From positions 186,001 through 250,000 of the IMG/VR virus record IMGVR_UViG_3300020202_000061: a DNA stretch of 64,000 nucleotides. One strand, given 5' to 3'. This document shows positions 8,403 through 17,560 of this stretch, in pieces. Position numbers and translations under genes: made by a program. The notes below the pieces were generated by a model. The model was given only the letters and a program-made list of their open reading frames with translations. It had not been told where the DNA came from and made no database searches. Numbering within the stretch: position 1 is the first letter of the stretch; each line of letters begins with the position of its first letter.

Positions 8403-10397
8403 ATGAGATTGCTGGACCTTTTCGAAGATCACAATCATCCAGAACGCGGTGACGTTCGTTGGGCCGTGGGAAAGCATCTTTCCCGCGCCACCCGCGTTGG
8501 CACGAAGGACCAGAACGATCCCGATTACGCCCTGGTTTGGGGCAACATCAAGGACATCATGGACAATGCCGTCCCGAATATGGCGTTGGACCTGAATGAT
8601 CCGATGGGCGGGAAGAACCGGATCGGCCAGCGCGTGCCCAACGCGAAACTGCACTGGTCCGGTGGCAACTACATGGACCCGTCTCTGATCTACATGCGTG
8701 GCTCGAAGGTGGACTTCCAGGATGGTCGTCATCGCCTTGTCGCGGCCTACCAGCTTGGTCATCGCTATGCCCCGGTTTTGGTAGATCGAGAGGGACTCTC
8801 GGCGTTCCAGAAGGTCGTGCGTGTCAGACAGGACGAGGCACTGATCGAGGCCCAGATGATCCAGATTCCGGTGCGAACCCTAGGGGCTCGGCACATCGTG
8901 AAGGTCTGGAAGAATCCCACCCTGAGCCAAACTCGCGCCCTGGTGAACCGCATCCAGCAGGTTCGTGCACTCGATGATCGTCATGGAAACTTCTACTTGT
9001 GGGATGCACGTGATAGTTATCACGGTGCGATCCGTCGCGAACTTGGTCTGGGTCAGGCCGATTCGACCCGGCTCTACATGACCCCTCAGGGCGTGGCGAG
9101 CGATTACCTGGAGTGGAACCAAGACCCGGACTACGTCATCAACGGAATTGGTGTGTGGGCAGAGGACGATGAGTATTGGCGCACCAATAAGGGTACGGTG
9201 CGTGCGCTCGGCTCGGCTCGAATCACCGAGGATGCTAAATCATTCGAGATCACCATGTCCCATCATGGTGGTCAGGTTCGTGTCTGGAAGAATCCCACGC
9301 GTTCGCAAACACAAGCACTGGTCGAGCGTCTCGGCGAGGTTCGCGCGATCTCCACGATGAATGGGGATTTCTATCTGTGGCCTGCATTCCAAGCGATCCA
9401 CGAGACCGTGGCGAAGGAATTGGGTGTCAAAGGCGTACGGTTCTTTTTGACACCGATTGAGGGCGATAAAGAAGCATCGGAGTGGACGGGGCCGCCGTTG
9501 GAGATCAACGGGATTTGGGCCTGGGCCGAACCCGGTGCATATGCGGCCTGGAAATATCCGGGCACGGTTCGTGCACTGGGTCCGGCACGGAGATCGCGGT
9601 ATCCAAAGAATTGGAAAGAGGACATCGATGAGAGCCTGCATATCACCGAAGCACAATCCTTTGAGGTGGTTCTGGGCGACCACGGTTCGTGGAGAGTGCG
9701 AGTCTGGAAGAATCCCACCGCCAGTGAAACTCGCGCTCTGGTTGACCGTTTCAAGGAAGCACGCGGAATGGCCGAGGGTGCAGATTTCTATCTCTGGGAA
9801 GCATTCGAGGCGATCCATTCGACTATCGCTGGAAAGCTTGGCTTCCAGGGGGTTCGGTTCTATCTGACACCGGTTGGTTATGAGAAGTATGCGACCGAGT
9901 GGGATGGTAAACCCGAGACCTACAATGGCCTCTGGGTCTGGGCCAGTGATGAAGAGGGTTGGGGTTATCCTGGTGTACAGCGTGCACTCGGAATGACGCA
10001 ACCACAACTGCCTCAACGACAAATGGCGGCTGAATCCGCACGGATGCAAGTCGTGCAAAATCCGTTCGACCACAACAAGGAGTATCGAGTCTGGGTGAAT
10101 CCAGTTGCCTCGCAGACACGCGCCTTAGTTCATCAACTGGGGCAGGTTCGCGCCATATGTACGGGTAAGAACCTCTACTTGTGGAACGCTAATGACGCCA
10201 CACACGCGGACATGGAATACGCCTTGGATAAGGGTGGTGAACGGCTTTACATGGTCCCCAAAGGCGGGAAGCTCGAAGCCCCCGAGTGGGAAGGTCCGCC
10301 TGATCAGATCGTCAACGGAATCGAGGTCTGGGCGACCTGGGCCAAGACTACTCTGAAATTACCCGGCGTGGCTCGTGCGCTCGGATTGCCTTATTGA
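8403..10397 (+). CDS. late protein: ParB-like N-domain plus four ~120-aa VWKNP repeats
   Basis: DGRHRL motif; four repeats VW(K/V)NP..S.TRALV...YLW...RALG; TAAATA 5 nt upstream. Confidence 0.75.
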   Translation: MRLLDLFEDHNHPERGDVRWAVGKHLSRATRVGTKDQNDPDYALVWGNIKDIMDNAVPNMALDLNDPMGGKNRIGQRVPNAKLHWSGGNYMDPSLIYMRGSKVDFQDGRHRLVAAYQLGHRYAPVLVDREGLSAFQKVVRVRQDEALIEAQMIQIPVRTLGARHIVKVWKNPTLSQTRALVNRIQQVRALDDRHGNFYLWDARDSYHGAIRRELGLGQADSTRLYMTPQGVASDYLEWNQDPDYVINGIGVWAEDDEYWRTNKGTVRALGSARITEDAKSFEITMSHHGGQVRVWKNPTRSQTQALVERLGEVRAISTMNGDFYLWPAFQAIHETVAKELGVKGVRFFLTPIEGDKEASEWTGPPLEINGIWAWAEPGAYAAWKYPGTVRALGPARRSRYPKNWKEDIDESLHITEAQSFEVVLGDHGSWRVRVWKNPTASETRALVDRFKEARGMAEGADFYLWEAFEAIHSTIAGKLGFQGVRFYLTPVGYEKYATEWDGKPETYNGLWVWASDEEGWGYPGVQRALGMTQPQLPQRQMAAESARMQVVQNPFDHNKEYRVWVNPVASQTRALVHQLGQVRAICTGKNLYLWNANDATHADMEYALDKGGERLYMVPKGGKLEAPEWEGPPDQIVNGIEVWATWAKTTLKLPGVARALGLPY

Positions 10398-10422
10398 CAA
10401 ACCCCAGAGTTTCTCATAGATT
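10394..10422 (+). promoter_or_regulatory. sigma70-like promoter for the RNase P RNA
   Basis: TTGACA-N17-TAGATT. Confidence 0.7.
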
Positions 10423-10427
10423 TCCAC

Positions 10428-10774
10428 AGGGATATCCGAACCACCGGGCGGCCCAGTAATGGGAGTCAGGAAAGTCGGGACACCACGTGGTCATCCGAGA
10501 GGTTAACGGCCTCCAACTGAAAGGTTAGGGTAAACCGCACAGAGACAATACAGCCAAGGGGTTTCGGCCCCGGCGATAGGTGAAAAGTTGGGGCCTAAAA
10601 ATCCCTAAGGGTCCCCGTGAGGGTGACTCGTGCGGCACTTCGGTGGTGCAATTCCAGACCGAGCCTGTGACGGACCACGGGAGGCTCAGGTAGGAAGCAA
10701 AGAATCCAGGAGCAATCCTCGGATCAAGTCGAATGGTGGTTTGAGAAACAGAATCCCGCTTATAGGATATCCCT
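10428..10774 (+). ncRNA. rnpB: bacterial-type RNase P RNA
   Basis: P1 AGGGATATCC/GGATATCCCT; CAGGAAAGTCGGGACACC, ACAGAGACAATAC, GGTGAAAAG and ACAGAATCCCGCTTAT match conserved regions CR-I to CR-V. Confidence 0.88.
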
Positions 10775-10826
10775 TGATTTCCACCTCTACGCGCACCAAA
10801 TCGCAACAAACAACTTTGGAGATACC

Positions 10827-11450
10827 ATGAGATACGTTTGGGGTTTGCTGATCGCCATCGCACTGGTCGTGGGTGGTCAATTCAACACGGCGCTGGCTGA
10901 TCCGCCCACTGCTGTGAGCACGGAGGGATTGAAGGCCGAGGACCAGAAGCTGGTCGAGGACATGGTCAAGAAGCTCAAGGACGGCAATAAACCGCCGGTC
11001 GTTGAGAAGGTTGTGGAGAAGGTCGAGAGCCTCACGCCGGAGCAGGTATCCGAGTATGCCAAGGTGGGTCAGGCATACGGCACGGCGTTGGCCGAGACCG
11101 CCAAGTCCCTGGGTGTGGCGGCCGATGCTATCCTCGAATCCACTGCCGGGCAGATCGCCATGGTCATCATCGTGTGGAAGATGATCGGTCGCGATCTCAT
11201 GGAATATGTGATCGGCGTTGGTGGAGGTCTGGTTTGGTTCGGCGTGATGCTGCCGGGTTGGATGTGGTCGCTCCGCAAGTTTGTCCTAGGAGTCCAGGGC
11301 AAGGTCACGGAAAAGGTCAAGGACGGCGTCGTGATCGAGCGCATTGTCGCCCAGCCCGAATGGGATTCTAGCCGTGGTGCGCTCTACGCGGTGCATATGG
11401 CCGCCTTGGTCCTGATCTGCATCTGCGGCTTCATCATGGTGTTTGGCTAA
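10827..11450 (+). CDS. exported or membrane protein
   Basis: signal peptide (TALA-DP) and C-terminal TM helices. Confidence 0.7.
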   Translation: MRYVWGLLIAIALVVGGQFNTALADPPTAVSTEGLKAEDQKLVEDMVKKLKDGNKPPVVEKVVEKVESLTPEQVSEYAKVGQAYGTALAETAKSLGVAADAILESTAGQIAMVIIVWKMIGRDLMEYVIGVGGGLVWFGVMLPGWMWSLRKFVLGVQGKVTEKVKDGVVIERIVAQPEWDSSRGALYAVHMAALVLICICGFIMVFG

Positions 11451-11896
11451 TGGAACACCGATCCATCCTGGAGAAGTTGGCTACCCTCGATCAGCCCGAT
11501 CACAACCTGGATACCGCGATCTACGCGACCTGCCAGGGCTTCAAATACGATCAGGACGAGGATGGGAAGTATCGCTTCTTCCAGGGTGGAAGATGGGTGA
11601 AACCGGGCGAACAGTATCCCGACTCGGGTCAGTTCGTCTTGTGTCCGATCCCCGAATACACCCGGCAGTGGTCGGATGCAGTCTCAGTCATTCCTTATCC
11701 CTGGCGCATCAGCCGGTTATGGGAATCCGACCGCAAGGGGTTGACCTCGTTCTGGTCGGTCGAGATTGGCGGCGTTGTGACATTCCGTGATGATCTGGAA
11801 ACCACAGAGAAATCCGTGGTTCTTTCAGCAGGTGGGTTTCGCTTACCCACCATCGCCATCTGCTTCGTTGGACTCCAAGCCCGAGCCCTGATCTAA
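11450..11896 (+). CDS. hypothetical protein, possible ABA-sandwich-like domain
   Basis: PEYTRQWSDA...AICFVGLQA pattern. Confidence 0.5.
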   Translation: MEHRSILEKLATLDQPDHNLDTAIYATCQGFKYDQDEDGKYRFFQGGRWVKPGEQYPDSGQFVLCPIPEYTRQWSDAVSVIPYPWRISRLWESDRKGLTSFWSVEIGGVVTFRDDLETTEKSVVLSAGGFRLPTIAICFVGLQARALI

Positions 11897-12002
11897 CCCG
11901 TTCGTACTATACCGTACGTTTTCGGGTCCTGTGACAAATATGTGATAGACAAACCTGGGAATTTATGGTAAAGCTATTCACCATAATGAATCAATGTTCA
12001 GG

Positions 12003-12109
12003 TTTGTCCGATCAGAGATAGCGGTCCATACCGAGGAGGGGGAGCCGGTTCGCGGACCGCCGAGCCTTCGTGGGGAACCCCTCCTCGGTAGTTTTTAGAG
12101 ACGGACAAA
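12003..12109 (+). ncRNA. pseudoknotted leader or small RNA candidate
   Basis: outer stem TTTGTCCG/CGGACAAA with interleaved 7-bp and 11-bp helices. Confidence 0.5.
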
Positions 12110-12113
12110 GTTT

Positions 12114-12398
12114 GTGGCCGAGGTAGTTAATCTCCGACATACCAGTGGGTTTACCCCTCCGGGAGCGGTTCGAATCGACCGCAAGACCAAATGGGGAAAC
12201 CCCTTTCGGATTGGCCTCCATGGAGATCGTCAGGAGGTTATTCACCGATATACCGAGTGGATTCTCACCCAGGAGCATCTGTTGCTATGCCTGGGCGAAC
12301 TCCGAGGGAAGGACCTCGCCTGCTGGTGCTGCCCTGAGGAGTGTCATGGGGATATCTTACTGGTTCTGGCCAACTATCCCGAGGTTCTCGCTGCATAA
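12114..12398 (+). CDS. DUF4326 family protein
   Basis: IDRKTKWGNPF...LRGKDLACWC.P..CHGDIL. Confidence 0.88.
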   Translation: MAEVVNLRHTSGFTPPGAVRIDRKTKWGNPFRIGLHGDRQEVIHRYTEWILTQEHLLLCLGELRGKDLACWCCPEECHGDILLVLANYPEVLAA

Positions 12399-12403
12399 AC
12401 GAG

Positions 12404-12432
12404 AAGGGCCGCACAAGGCGGCCCTTCTCTGA
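12404..12432. terminator. bidirectional terminator hairpin
   Basis: GAGAAGGGCCGC-ACAAG-GCGGCCCTTCTC between convergent genes. Confidence 0.65.
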
Positions 12433-12451
12433 GATCACCCGAGGAAGGCGA

Positions 12452-13546
12452 TTACAGGAACTTCGAGTTGCGAGGACGCTTCGCATAGAAGCGCATACCC
12501 TCGTTGAGGGCACGAGTCGCGGTAGCAGCGGCATCATAGCTGGATGCTCCACCACCCTGGTTGAGTTCGGCGAGCATCTTGCGGAACAGGGTGTTCGCGA
12601 AACGAGCCTCACCGGGATTCTCAAGCGTAGCGATATACGAACGAAGAACCTCGACCATCGTCAGCAGACTGCGCTCGTTCACGGACGGGCCAGTACCAGC
12701 ATTCGGAGACAGCAAAGCCTCGAACACAGCATTGCCAGCAGATGCAGTCGCTACCGGAGCCGACGTATAATCGGTACCATTGTTGGTCATCACAACCTGA
12801 GCCACACCCCAAGTCGTATTCAGGTTCGCACCAGTGCCACCGGCCGGAGCCACCGTGGTACCACCGTTGGTGGTCGTCGGTAGAGCCGAGAAGACGCCCG
12901 GATGTGAGATTGCAACCGTGTGCACGCCCTGATTGGCCGTGTGCAAGGTCAGCGTGAAGCCGATTCCGGCACCGCTGCTGCTGGTCTGAGTCAGCGTCGG
13001 ACGATTCGTTGCAGAACCAGTCGATGCAGCAACGTTCATCGTGAATTGGGTAACCACGCCGCTGCTTACCGCAGTCACGGTAATGACGGTTCCGTCATTC
13101 AAAGTGATTGTGTCAGATGGAGCATAACCAGTGCCACCAGCAAACGTACCGTTCGAACCGGTGTTGTTGTAGTTGGCGTGACCCTGCGAAGCGGCCGGAG
13201 CAATTCTTTCAACCCTGTAGTTCGCCGGAGTAGTCGCGGTGCCATCCGAGTGAGATAGAGTCTCGTTGATCTGATAGCCCGAACCACGAGCACTTCCCAC
13301 TACCGCCGTCAGCACCTTCATACGGGCGCTTCCCGCCGCACCAGAACCACCAGTACCGGCGTTGTTGAAGTTCACATTGGGGATCGCCGTGTAGCCGGTA
13401 CCAGCCGAGGTAACTTTCACGGTTACGCCATCACCCTGCACATACTCGGGCGGAACACCGAAGTTACCAGGGCTCTGGTAGTTTGCATCATTGCCAACGT
13501 TGCCCGCGTAAAGCGAGAGAATGTTAGACGTAAAATTGAGAGCCAT
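12452..13546 (-). CDS. Gly/Thr-rich virion structural protein (fibre or baseplate-like)
   Basis: repeated GTGY/GSGY beta motifs; TAAATA upstream on the minus strand. Confidence 0.65.
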   Translation of the reverse strand: MALNFTSNILSLYAGNVGNDANYQSPGNFGVPPEYVQGDGVTVKVTSAGTGYTAIPNVNFNNAGTGGSGAAGSARMKVLTAVVGSARGSGYQINETLSHSDGTATTPANYRVERIAPAASQGHANYNNTGSNGTFAGGTGYAPSDTITLNDGTVITVTAVSSGVVTQFTMNVAASTGSATNRPTLTQTSSSGAGIGFTLTLHTANQGVHTVAISHPGVFSALPTTTNGGTTVAPAGGTGANLNTTWGVAQVVMTNNGTDYTSAPVATASAGNAVFEALLSPNAGTGPSVNERSLLTMVEVLRSYIATLENPGEARFANTLFRKMLAELNQGGGASSYDAAATATRALNEGMRFYAKRPRNSKFL

Positions 13547-13674
13547 CGTAGTTTTTCCTCGTTGAGGTAATCTCGGGAGTATTTACGGTCGGGTTGGAAT
13601 TTCATGACTTTCCCGAAGGTTGAAACCTTAGGATTTCCCTTGCATTTTCAAATGAACATGTTAAATTAAACTCC

Positions 13675-13986
13675 ATGCTTCATCAGGTGTTTACGAACGA
13701 CCACTACCGTTTCGATCCGGACGATCCGAAATCGAAGCTATTGGCGATTCAAGCCGGGATCGATGCGTGGGTCGCGATCAACCAGGGTGTGGCGAACGAA
13801 CAGGGTTGCCGTAGGGGGTTGGCCCGGATCGGAAGCTTCCTCGGGGTGTTGCCGACCTACCGGATTCTCAGCATGCTATGGGTGCAGGAGAATCCCACCC
13901 AGGTTCCTATTGTGGACACGCATCCGGATATTCCCTACGTGGGACGAAATACCGACGAATTACATTCGCACGGCCTCTTGGAATAA
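13675..13986 (+). CDS. hypothetical protein
   Basis: ORF after an AT-rich promoter region. Confidence 0.55.
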   Translation: MLHQVFTNDHYRFDPDDPKSKLLAIQAGIDAWVAINQGVANEQGCRRGLARIGSFLGVLPTYRILSMLWVQENPTQVPIVDTHPDIPYVGRNTDELHSHGLLE

Positions 13987-14023
13987 TCCGAATCCCTCCC
14001 ATATCTGGGGAATAGGGGGACAC

Positions 14024-14260
14024 ATGTCAGTATCGGTTAAAGTCAAAGAGGTTCGCCTCACCAAATCGCTCACCCTGAACCTGGGGAACTTTGAGAGTGC
14101 CCGAATCGAATGCGGGCTTACGGCCGACATCAATACGCCGAGTGGGGCTGCGCCATCGAATCAGGACGTTCAGGACGCCATGATGGACCTGGGCATGCAG
14201 ATCGACCAGCGTCTGCACACGGAAATGGTCGAACTCGGTGTGGAGACTGGGGAGGAATAG
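14024..14260 (+). CDS. hypothetical protein
   Basis: GGGGGA before ATG14024. Confidence 0.6.
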   Translation: MSVSVKVKEVRLTKSLTLNLGNFESARIECGLTADINTPSGAAPSNQDVQDAMMDLGMQIDQRLHTEMVELGVETGEE

Positions 14261-14574
14261 TGGATCAGGATTTCTCCATCCTATCCGGGGCAGAGCGCGA
14301 AACCATCTGGTGCCTGTTCAAGCACGGACCCACTCATGACGGGAATGTCCCGAGCAAATCCACTCGTGATGACCTAGTCTCCAAAGGGTTGGTTCAACGT
14401 GGTCACGGTTACGCATGGTTGACCCTGGCCGGAGTGAAGTCAGCGGTCCTGCTTGGGATGGATTCGAAAAAGGATCGATACCTCAGGGAACTCCATTATC
14501 CCACGATTGACTACGTGGCCCCAAATGAGGTTCGACAGCAGAAATTCCTTGACTTGGACACCACCCAGGGCTAA
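14260..14574 (+). CDS. hypothetical protein, possibly winged-helix
   Basis: GTG overlaps upstream stop; DLVSKGLV..G...LTLAG pattern. Confidence 0.55.
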   Translation: MDQDFSILSGAERETIWCLFKHGPTHDGNVPSKSTRDDLVSKGLVQRGHGYAWLTLAGVKSAVLLGMDSKKDRYLRELHYPTIDYVAPNEVRQQKFLDLDTTQG

Positions 14575-14583
14575 ATACAATCT

Positions 14584-14660
14584 GTTCTCGTAGGCTAACA
14601 GGATAAACCGCTGGTTTCCTAAACCGGATTTGTCGGGTTCGAATCCCACCGAGAACGCCA
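14584..14660 (+). tRNA. tRNA-Arg(CCT)
   Basis: GTTCTCG/CGAGAAC-G-CCA; TT-CCT-AA. Confidence 0.9.
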
Positions 14661-14679
14661 AAAGTTCCTCAAGGTTTCC

Positions 14680-15429
14680 ATGCAAGGCATTTACAAGATC
14701 AACGGTCTGGTCCATTGGACCGAGCGTGAAATTCGTCTGCGTGAGAGATTCATCACGGAGTTCGAATACGATGTCCGTGCATTCCTGCTCGGGACGAATC
14801 CTGCCTGGAACATTTCCCGTGTAGAAGGTCCCCTATTGACCCCGTTGGGGTTGATTTCCGCCGCGTACACTCCGAGTGACGTGTTCGTGCAGGAAACCTT
14901 CGAGAATGAAACACCGCTGGTTCTGCGCCCGGAAACCACTCCTGCGACCTACGCCTGGATGTGCCATCTGATCGAGCAGCAGGAGGCTCGCTTTCCGATG
15001 TGCGTATGGCAGGCCGGTAAATCGTTTCGTCGTGAACAGGATCAGGTCTCCAAGAACATGCGCCTGAAAGAATTCTATCAGATGGAATTCCAGTGCGCGT
15101 TCACGGCCGATTCCGCCAATGACTACCACGGCGCGAGTCTTGAACCGGTTCGTCGCATGCTGGAGAGTGCAATCTGCTTACCCACTCGTCTGGTTGAATC
15201 CGACCGACTTCCCGCATATTCCCAGATCACCATGGATGTCGAAGTTGACAACGGTGACAAATGGATGGAGGTCTGCTCGATTTCTCGCCGTACGGATTTT
15301 CCTATGAAGGCACGATTTGCCAACAAAAAGGGAGAGGTCGTCGAAAAGGAACTGTTGATCTTGGAGATCGCCATTGGTTTGGATCGCTGTGTTTACAATA
15401 GGTTAATTCGTGAATCCAGAATCCAGTGA
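14680..15429 (+). CDS. stand-alone class II aaRS catalytic core (GlyRS/ProRS/ThrRS-like)
   Basis: LRPET, GKSFRRE (motif 2), EFYQMEFQ, IGLDR (motif 3); no anticodon-binding domain. Confidence 0.8.
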   Translation: MQGIYKINGLVHWTEREIRLRERFITEFEYDVRAFLLGTNPAWNISRVEGPLLTPLGLISAAYTPSDVFVQETFENETPLVLRPETTPATYAWMCHLIEQQEARFPMCVWQAGKSFRREQDQVSKNMRLKEFYQMEFQCAFTADSANDYHGASLEPVRRMLESAICLPTRLVESDRLPAYSQITMDVEVDNGDKWMEVCSISRRTDFPMKARFANKKGEVVEKELLILEIAIGLDRCVYNRLIRESRIQ

Positions 15430-15475
15430 AAAACCTCTTGACATTCCTGCGAGAATCGCTAAATACCAGCGTGAT

Positions 15476-15550
15476 GCGGATGTAGCTCAGTGGTAGAGCG
15501 AGACGTTGCCAACGTCTAGGTCGAGGGTTCGATCCCCTTTATCCGCTCCA
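15476..15550 (+). tRNA. tRNA-Gly(GCC)
   Basis: cloverleaf, U73, CCA. Confidence 0.93.
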
Positions 15551-15565
15551 AATTTCTCCTCCCCT

Positions 15566-15640
15566 GCGGGTATGGTCTAGGGGTTGGGCCTCAGCCTTCC
15601 AAGCTGAAGAGGACCGGTTCGATTCCGGCTACCCGCTCCA
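15566..15640 (+). tRNA. tRNA-Gly(TCC)
   Basis: cloverleaf, U73, CCA. Confidence 0.92.
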
Positions 15641-15672
15641 GATGTCAACGGTCCCCGATACGTCGGGTCCAG

Positions 15673-15700
15673 CCCCAGTCTCCGGACTGGGGTTTTTCTT
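15673..15700 (+). terminator. intrinsic terminator
   Basis: CCCCAGTC-TCCG-GACTGGGG-TTTTT. Confidence 0.75.
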
Positions 15701-15751
15701 TGCCTTGAAAATCCCCAGGATTTGCTTACCTCTGCCTTGGGGGAAATTCTA

Positions 15752-16051
15752 ATGCCGCGATATAGAGAAGTCGAACTCACCAAGGAGGAGTGCCGTAAGG
15801 CTGGGCTTTCCTATGGGACTCCCAATTGCAAGCACTACAAGTTGGTCGAGATAAAGCCGAAGAAGCGCAAGGTTAAGCCGAAGAAGAAAGAGACTCTTCG
15901 CGAGAAGGTCAAGCGCCTGGAAGCCCAGGTCAAGCGCCTGAAATCGAAGAAGAAGGTCGAGGTTCACAACCACTACACGGCAAGCCAGCCGCTCTCGGCC
16001 GAGGATATTCTGGCCTGGGGCAAGGTTGGTGGCCCGAGTGGGTTGTTCTGA
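15752..16051 (+). CDS. Lys-rich hypothetical protein
   Basis: basic coiled-coil-like ORF. Confidence 0.55.
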   Translation: MPRYREVELTKEECRKAGLSYGTPNCKHYKLVEIKPKKRKVKPKKKETLREKVKRLEAQVKRLKSKKKVEVHNHYTASQPLSAEDILAWGKVGGPSGLF

Positions 16052-16060
16052 GGGGGATTC

Positions 16061-16336
16061 ATGAAGTTGATCGAGTGGGTTGGGAGGATGACGGAGGGGC
16101 CGTGGTTTGTGAGCCCACGTCAGGAAGATGAGTTTGGCCGATTCTTTTGGACGGTCGGACCACATGAGGGCGAGCACTACGAGGAGACGATCTGCGAGGT
16201 CTTCGACGGCAATAATGATGGCGAAGCCCATGCGAATCTGATCGCGATGGTTCCGGCGATGCTCCTGCACATAGAGACGTTGGAGGCTGAGGTCGAGCGA
16301 CTGGCCCATCTGAATCGGGTATTGGCTCGTGGTTGA
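16061..16336 (+). CDS. hypothetical protein
   Basis: T.GPW...ANLIAMVP.ML pattern common in small phage proteins. Confidence 0.6.
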   Translation: MKLIEWVGRMTEGPWFVSPRQEDEFGRFFWTVGPHEGEHYEETICEVFDGNNDGEAHANLIAMVPAMLLHIETLEAEVERLAHLNRVLARG

Positions 16337-16459
16337 GGGTTTGATTCTGCTCTGGGAGCAGTCGGAAACGGTCGGTCGCACGGGCATAGTTTTGATCGGT
16401 GCGATCTACCTCTCACTGCCTGTGCTTGCGGGGTATTGCTTCTACAGAGCTTGGAGAGC

Positions 16460-16789
16460 ATGGCGAAGATAGATTGGGCTGCGATCCACGCCTTGAACAT
16501 CGAGCACGCGGATAATCCTGTGACCGGGGATTACTGGCATGAGATGTTCTGTCCGATTGCCCGCATCCACAAAGTCACGGCAACTCATGTCCTTGTGGAG
16601 AAACTCACCAAGCCAGTTGTCGAACAGTCGCGCTTTAACATGACGAGATCGGAGTTTGCCCGTTGGATTCGTTACGATTCCATCCCGAATAAGACCTGGG
16701 CCGATGTAAGTCCAGCAGAGCCTGGACAAACTACAGGATTTTCGCTATTCTCGTGGTATGATAATCTACGCAGACGGTTCCTGGGATAA
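16460..16789 (+). CDS. hypothetical protein
   Basis: GGAG before ATG. Confidence 0.5.
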   Translation: MAKIDWAAIHALNIEHADNPVTGDYWHEMFCPIARIHKVTATHVLVEKLTKPVVEQSRFNMTRSEFARWIRYDSIPNKTWADVSPAEPGQTTGFSLFSWYDNLRRRFLG

Positions 16790-17300
16790 TCTGAAACGTG
16801 GCGGCTACGGCTGGGTGATCTTCGCCGGGGGCCAACGCCATTATCGTGGCGCGTCGGTGTTCCCGGCCGAGTCCTCCTCCCTGATGGAATTTACCGCCTG
16901 CATCAGCGCGCTCGAATTCGCCTGGAAATACCTGCTCGGTCGGGGCCAGGGCAACGCCGCACGTGCCAATGAGAAAATCATCATGGTGACAGACGTGGTG
17001 GATTTCCCGCGCACCCTGCCGTTGATCCCGATGATCCGGGACCGTGGGTGGCTCAACGAGAAGGGCGCACCCTTGTTGAATCGCGAACACTGGGAGCGGC
17101 TCCACGAGGTTCACGAACACATTCAACCCCATTGGGAATGGGTATCGGGCAAGCACAATCCGGCGGGAAAGATCGCCCATAAGCTGGACAACTATTACCG
17201 GCTGAAATGTGAGATTTCCCCGGCTCTGCTCGACAACAAAACCCGCAAGCGATTCCGGCGGTATGAGAAGCAGACCGCGTTAATCCTTGACAAACTCTGA
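16758..17300 (+). CDS. RNase H-like protein
   Basis: IYADGS..GGYGWV, MEFTA, WEWVSGKH. Confidence 0.75.
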   Translation: MIIYADGSWDNLKRGGYGWVIFAGGQRHYRGASVFPAESSSLMEFTACISALEFAWKYLLGRGQGNAARANEKIIMVTDVVDFPRTLPLIPMIRDRGWLNEKGAPLLNREHWERLHEVHEHIQPHWEWVSGKHNPAGKIAHKLDNYYRLKCEISPALLDNKTRKRFRRYEKQTALILDKL

Positions 17301-17343
17301 GGTTTCTGGTAGTATCTGGGCTCCACGCAATTAGGAGGATTGC

Positions 17344-17538
17344 ATGAAGCTTTATCAGAACCGATTCGGATTCCTGCTTGGTTTCAGCACCGAGGCGGAA
17401 GCGAATACGGAGGCGAATAAGCGGCGCGGTAAGGGTCATACCGTTGAGGTCACACAACGTACCGAGGGCGGCGAGACATGGTTTGATGTCTACGACAAGA
17501 CCGCTCAGCAGAATCTCATCAATAAACCCCGCCGCTAG
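17344..17538 (+). CDS. hypothetical protein
   Basis: promoter at 17287 and AGGAGG RBS. Confidence 0.7.
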   Translation: MKLYQNRFGFLLGFSTEAEANTEANKRRGKGHTVEVTQRTEGGETWFDVYDKTAQQNLINKPRR

Positions 17539-17560
17539 GTCCCAATCAGGAGGATTACAG

